NCBI RefSeq assembly: GCF_006345805.1
Contig: NW_021826103.1
Span: 1-13,509, forward strand
Source: Octopus sinensis
Taxonomy: Eukaryota
Length of the DNA: 13,509 nucleotides
Direction: 5' to 3'
How positions within the stretch are numbered: the stretch's first letter is position 1; the number at the start of each line of letters is the position of its first letter. Below the pieces are notes generated by a model. It saw nothing but the letters and a program-made list of their open reading frames with translations. It was not told the origin of the DNA and did not search any database. The position numbers were made by a program, and so were the translations under genes. Positions 8,443-13,509 of this stretch are shown piece after piece.

Positions 8443-8445
<3 letters not shown>
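8272..8445 (+). mobile_element. Probable Penelope-like element 3' terminal fragment carrying a hammerhead motif
   Basis: Same layout as 5046-5256: pyrimidine-rich leader, hammerhead motif, related downstream ~90 nt, then a microsatellite. Confidence 0.55.
8319..8354 (+). ncRNA. Minimal type-I hammerhead ribozyme-like motif
   Basis: CUUU-CUGCUGA-A-GAGC(AUAG)GCUC-GAAA-CG-UA^AAAA. It has the same stem II arms and ACGU palindrome as 5136-5170. A6 is replaced by C, so this copy is probably inactive. Confidence 0.6.
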
Positions 8446-8491
<46 letters not shown>

Positions 8492-8519
8492 ACACACAGA
8501 CAAACACACACACACAGAC

Positions 8520-8594
<75 letters not shown>
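8445..8594. repeat. (CA)n microsatellite, ~150 bp
   Basis: Directly visible. Confidence 0.97.
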
Positions 8595-8595
<1 letters not shown>

Positions 8596-8599
8596 GCGG

Positions 8600-8803
8600 A
8601 AGTGCTTGTGTATTTGTTGTTTCACCCACCACTTGACACCAGCTGTTGGTTTGTTTATGTCACCGTAACCTAGCGTCTCAGCAAAAGAGAACCGATAGAA
8701 TAAGAAAATATGTACTGGGTTGGAATGTGTTCGACCGAAAATTCACTCCCAGGGGCGGTGCCCCAATATGGCCGCAGTCCAATGACTAAAACAAGTAAAA
8801 GAT
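8600..8803 (+). mobile_element. SINE family A, diverged 3' half
   Basis: ttgacaccagctgttggtttgtttatgtcaccgtaacctagcg...ccgatagaataag...ggcggtgccccaatatggccgcagtccaatgactaaaacaagtaaaaga matches the reverse complement of 11560-11730. Confidence 0.85.
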
Positions 8804-8950
8804 GAAAAATGGCTGACTTAACCCGAGGCGTTACCCCCGATTTCTGCCACCCACCGCCTTCTTTTCTGCTGAAAACTATTGCAGTGTTGATAACGAAACT
8901 GTGTGCTTTGATGTTGTATTCACAGGATGTTGTCGAATCATTTTAGATTG

Positions 8951-9034
8951 AGTGCTGGGGTGCCGGGTGCTGGAGTGCCTGGTGTCGGGGTTGCTGGGGG
9001 TGTCAGGAGTGTCGGGGTGCCCTGGGGTGTCGAG
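8951..9034. repeat. G-rich degenerate minisatellite (9/15-bp units, gtgctgggg / ggggtgccgggtgct)
   Basis: Directly visible GC-rich tandem units in an AT-rich background. Confidence 0.7.
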
Positions 9035-9147
9035 ACGCAGACTCTAAAGCATATATGATTGAGGTGGTTGGGGTAGAGGACTTTAATACCACTGTACAGT
9101 TTCATTTCATCTCAGTTTCAACTGTTTATTGTATCATAGCGCTGAAA

Positions 9148-9151
9148 TATG

Positions 9152-9204
<53 letters not shown>

Positions 9205-9231
9205 ATATATATATATTTATATATATATATC

Positions 9232-9270
<39 letters not shown>

Positions 9271-9579
9271 GTATATATACATATCTATATAATATATATA
9301 TAATATATTATATAGATATGTATGTATGTATGTATGTATGTGTGTATGTATGTATATGTAATATATGTTGGTATGGCTTGTATGTGTGTATGTTTGTATG
9401 TGTGCGCGTGCATGTATGTATATATGTATTTACGTATGCATGTGTGAATGTTCGTATGATTATGTGTGTATACACAAACACATATATACAATGCATACAT
9501 ATATATACACATATATACATATATACATATATATAGTGTTTATGTATATTATATATACTATATATATATATACACACGC

Positions 9580-9615
<36 letters not shown>

Positions 9616-9840
9616 ATGTGTGCGTGTATGTGTATGTGTGTGTGTGTGTATGTATATACGCACACATAATCATATGTAGAATATAGATGTATACAGACAT
9701 ACGTCATGCATACATTCATAGGCGTATAGATACATATATGCACATATAAATATATACGAACGATCCTGCATACATATATACGTGCATACAGGCATACATG
9801 CTTATACATAATAAGTGTGCGCGTGCATGTGTGTATATAT
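9148..9840. repeat. ~700-bp compound purine-pyrimidine microsatellite (TA, TATG, TG)
   Basis: Directly visible. Confidence 0.92.
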
Positions 9841-10068
9841 TAAATTTGTTTGTGTTTTAGAAGATATGGTAGTAGAAATGAAGGTGGACCCTGACTGCGA
9901 CACACGGATGTGGCTAAACATAACAGGAAGAGCATGAAGATTGATACAAGCAGCTGGTACACAACAGCTGAGTTCAGGTATCAATGAAGGAGATCCCTTC
10001 TCTACTCTTACTGCAAGTCATGACACTTTATATACGTAATCATCGTCGACGATCGACGGACCACCGAA

Positions 10069-10410
10069 GCAAATCGACATCAGGACTTATTCTCTGTAAG
10101 CCTAGTACTTATTCTATCGGACTCTCTTGCCGAACCGCTAAGTGACGGGGACATAAACACACCAGTATCGGTGTTAAGCGATGTTGGGAAGTCAAACACA
10201 GACACACAAACATATATACATACACCATATATATATATATATATAATATTATAATATATATATATATATATTATATATATATACGACGGGCTTCTTTCAG
10301 TTTCCATCTACCAAATCCACTCGCAATGCTTTGGTCGACCCGAGGCTTTAGTAGAAGACGCCCAAGATGCCATGCAGTGGGACTGAATTCGGAACCATAT
10401 GGTTGGTAAG
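10069..10410 (-). mobile_element. SINE family A, truncated at both ends
   Basis: Colinear with 11618-11926 (gcaaatcgac...gaaccgctaagtgacggggac...cttctttcagtttcc...gcagtgggactgaa...gttggtaag), with an expanded internal (TA)n. Confidence 0.9.
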
Positions 10411-10923
10411 TATGAATTTTCTTTGAGTTTAAAAGTTCTTCTTGAGAAAAGTTCAACCCGGTTGCTAACAAAGCCACAAATCTTCTTGAGTTAAGAAAGT
10501 ACCCCGGTGTTTGTAAATGTGGTTGAGTTGACGTGTTGTTTGAGCTGTCAATGCATACACCGAAGTGTGTGCGTCTATTGACATAAAAATCTCACATAGA
10601 TAGTCTTTGGAATGTCTCACAAATCTTCACTGAGCCACAAATAGATGGGATTTGGAGAATCCGCGTCAGTTTGTTTTGCTCTTTTCTCGTGAAGCCAAGT
10701 ATTTCGAGGTTTTATTAATGACTTATGGTGAAACTACATAGGGTCCACGGGATTATCACTCAGACGCAGATGCACTCTGCATCGACACCAGATTACATTC
10801 CCAGAACACACACTGATACCCTTTAGTGAACATATTGAGAAATGCGCAAAGCAAATGCCACCACAATTTGTAATCTTTCCTTTCTTTCAATGTGCCATTG
10901 GAACACCAACACAAGTTAGGTTA

Positions 10924-11045
10924 AATAAGGAAATCTTCTTCATTGAAAAATATAAGGCAAAACTTAACAATTTCTAACATTTTAGAATAAGGAAACTCAC
11001 TTCATTGAAAAAAATATAAAGCAAAACCTAACCACTTGTAACATT
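10924..11045. repeat. Imperfect tandem duplication, ~60-bp unit x2
   Basis: aataaggaaa..cttcattgaaaaatataa.gcaaaac.taac.a.tt.taacatt occurs at 10924-10981 and 10986-11045. Confidence 0.85.
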
Positions 11046-11363
11046 CTATTCCTTCTAAACCAAATCATGTTAAAATAATCAAGCCTAGTCATTCCCAACA
11101 TTTTTGATTATCTCCCTTATACCGGAAAAATCCCTGATTAACTTCCCCTGCCTGGAACTCCATATTTCACAACATAGCAAAGACATGACATGATATAGGT
11201 AAAGAAATTTAAGAAATTTGAAAAGAAAATACGAAACCGGTTATTTCTCCGAAAACTATGTTACTATACGCATAATTTTATAACATTTTTCTAACATAAC
11301 GATTTAAATATATTCTTTAATCATATAACACAAGCCTTCTGTAGTTTTTTCACTCATTTTTGT

Positions 11364-11490
11364 CTTCTTTCAGCTTTTGTCTTTCAAATTCACTCACAAA
11401 TGTTTGGTCGGTTCGGAGCCTTTAGCAGAAGACACTTGGCCAAGGTGTCACTGAATCATGTGATTGGGGCACGAACTTCTTACAATACAT
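11364..11490 (-). mobile_element. SINE family A, old 5' fragment
   Basis: cttctttcag...caaattcactcacaa...tagcagaagacacttggccaag aligns with 11802-11881. Confidence 0.75.
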
Positions 11491-11537
11491 TCACGTATCT
11501 ATGTATGTGAGTTTTCTGCCTTAATGGAGATTTTGTG

Positions 11538-11953
11538 TTACTCTTTTACTCTCTTTTACTCTTTTACTTGTTTCAGTCATTTGACTGCGGCCATGCTGGA
11601 GCACCGCCTTTAGTCGAGCAAATCGACCCCGGGACTTATTCTTTGTAAGCCCAGTATTTATTTTATCGGTCTCTTTTGTCGAACCGCTAAGTGACGGGGA
11701 CGTAAACACACCAGCATCGGTTGTCAAGCAATGCTAGAGGGACAAACACAGGCACACAAACATATACATACACATACATATATTTACATATATACGACAG
11801 GCTTCTTTCAGTTTCCGTCTACCAAATCCACTCACAAGGCATTGGTAGGCCCGAGGCTATAGCAGAAGACACTTGCCCAAGATGACACGCAGTGGGACTG
11901 AACCCAGAACCATGTAGTTGGTAAGCAAGCTACTTACCACACAGCCACTCCTG
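11538..11953 (-). mobile_element. SINE family A, full-length tRNA-derived SINE
   Basis: Minus strand: caggagTGGCTGTGTGGtaag (A box)...GGTTCAGTCCc (B box), body with an internal TA/TG repeat, and tail ...caaatgactgaaacaagtaaaagagtaaaagagagtaaaagagtaa with short tandem repeats. Confidence 0.93.
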
Positions 11954-12173
11954 TTGTTTTTTTTTTCTGTTTTAGTTTTTCGTTTTGTTTTTTTTTTCTT
12001 GTTTTGGTTTTTTTTCTTGTATTGGTTTCGTTAACCTGCTCGTTGAAAGGTTGTAAAAATATAATGTCTCTTGTTTTTTTTTAGAAAAAAGAGTGAGAAA
12101 GCCCTACCTTCTTTTGTCTTCCTTTGTGCAACTGTTCACCATTTTAATTTTCAGGTCTAGTATAATTTTTGTT

Positions 12174-12250
12174 GTGCTGGGATCAATTTAAATGACTCGA
12201 CCCTTCAAGGCAGTGCTCCAGCATGGCTGCAGTACAATGAAATAAGTAAA
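12174..12250 (+). mobile_element. SINE family A, 3' tail fragment
   Basis: cccttcaaggcagtgctccagcatggctgcagtacaatga..aagtaaaa. Confidence 0.75.
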
Positions 12251-12267
12251 ACAATAAAAAAAATAAT

Positions 12268-12480
12268 GCGTGTATGTGTTAGTCTCTCCCTCCCAACACC
12301 GCTTGACAACCGGTGTCGGTTTGTTTAGGTCCCTGTAACTTTAGTAGTTCAGCAAAAAGAGATCGATAAAATAAGTACCAAACTTGAAAATTAACACTTG
12401 AGTTGAGTTGTTTGACTATAACCCTTCAAGGTGGTGCCCCAACATGTCTGTAGTCCTATGTCTGAAACAAGTAAAAGATA
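12268..12480 (+). mobile_element. SINE family A, diverged 3' half
   Basis: cgcttgacaaccggtgtcggtttgttta...aataagtacc...cccttcaaggtggtgccccaacatg...ctgaaacaagtaaaagat. Confidence 0.85.
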
Positions 12481-12504
12481 AAAAAAAAATAATTAGACAA
12501 TATA

Positions 12505-12731
12505 GGCGGCGAGCTGGTAGAAACGTTAGCACGCCGGAAGAAATGCTTATCGGTATTTCGTCTGTCGCTACGTTCGGAGTTCAAATTCCGCCGAGGTCGA
12601 CTTTGCCTTTCATCCTTTCGGAGTCGATAAATAAAGTACCACCTTCGCACTGGGGGTCGATGTAATCGACTTGATCCCTTTGTCTGTCCTTGTTTGTCCC
12701 CTCTATGTTTAGCCCTTTGTGAGTAGTAAAG
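12505..12731 (+). mobile_element. SINE family B, full length, with 20-bp target-site duplication
   Basis: ggcggcgagctggtagaa...gtagtaaag, flanked by aaaaaaaataattagacaat at 12482-12501 and 12732-12751. Confidence 0.93.
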
Positions 12732-13509
12732 AAAAAAAATAATTAGACAATTTGCATCGAGTTATTTCATTAAGGTACTCCGACATATTCTTTTGGAGCG
12801 ACAGCAGCTGAATACATATAAACTGGTATTGATTGACCAATATGTGTCAATCATATATTTTCTTATAGTTTCCGGCAATATGCTCAATGACATTTACCAT
12901 GATAGTAGTTCGTTTTTTTCCCTCGCGACTTTCGTGAAAAACAATCTGTTGTTTCAAAGATAGCTGAAAGAAACTGAAAAAAATTATATTCAAACGACAA
13001 TTTAAAATTGTTTTAAGCTATTATTTTGCAGTCATCTCCGTCAGATCTTTTTTATACCTAGAAATATGAGAGATTGGTGCGGCGTTGAAGTGGGTGATTT
13101 GCTTTCGTTTTTTATCGTCTGCTTTTGGCGAGCTTTGAGTGTCTTTAGATTATCGACTAACATCACAGGAATTTAAAAAACAATTGTTGTTGTAACAGCC
13201 ATTTGTCGGAAAACAAAAGACGCTTGTTGTCAATGGTGATAAGCCGTGAAGTGGTTTAATATGTGAGTAAACTTCATTCCAGTAATTCTTACACCGCTTC
13301 ATGCTGCCATTCGAAAATTTATCACGGGTTATTCGAGTAAATTTTGATTTAAATGTAAAGAGTAAAGCGAGAACACTTATACCGTCTTAGCTCAGAGATT
13401 TGGGGATACTGTTTGTGATGGTATCATTACTGGTGATGATAATGGAGAAGTCGTTAGTTTTAGCCATGATCGTAGAAGTGAGATCTCAGAAAATGAAAAG
13501 TGTGTTTTG

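Noticed and set aside
4927-9809. Many overlapping 60-137 aa ORFs (MYVC, YIYI, HTHT repeats)
   Set aside because: These are stop-free simple repeats with no codon or domain signal.
11885-11953. tRNA gene
   Set aside because: Only the A/B boxes are kept, followed by a SINE body and tail. It is a SINE head.
1-13509. CRISPR array or prokaryotic operon/defence system
   Set aside because: There is no repeat-spacer periodicity and no gene-dense coding. The composition is that of animal non-coding DNA.

Overview
Eukaryotic, AT-rich, microsatellite-dense DNA (intron or intergenic). I infer a coleoid cephalopod, most likely Octopus, from my recollection of its SINE families and simple-repeat load; this is unverified. 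No intact host gene is visible, and almost all listed ORFs are microsatellite artefacts. Recognisable content: (i) a decayed 1.2-kb Tc1/mariner element whose transposase has a D-37-D spacing (maT/DD37D type); (ii) two tRNA-derived SINE families in about eight copies or fragments (one copy with a 20-bp TSD), plus a separate SINE-head remnant; (iii) a short hAT-like MITE and a probable RTE-LINE 3' remnant; (iv) three fold-back (inverted-repeat) structures. The most interesting signal is a dispersed set of minimal type-I hammerhead-ribozyme-like motifs (CYGANGA-A-stem II-GAAA-palindrome-UH). Two are clear (5136-5170 minus, 8319-8354 plus) and four are more decayed. Five of the six sit just upstream of a (TA)n/(CA)n tract, and three are tied to the fold-back structures. 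This matches non-autonomous Penelope-like element (PLE) termini or retrozyme-like elements that target microsatellites. Every copy has at least one core deviation, so catalytic activity is unproven.
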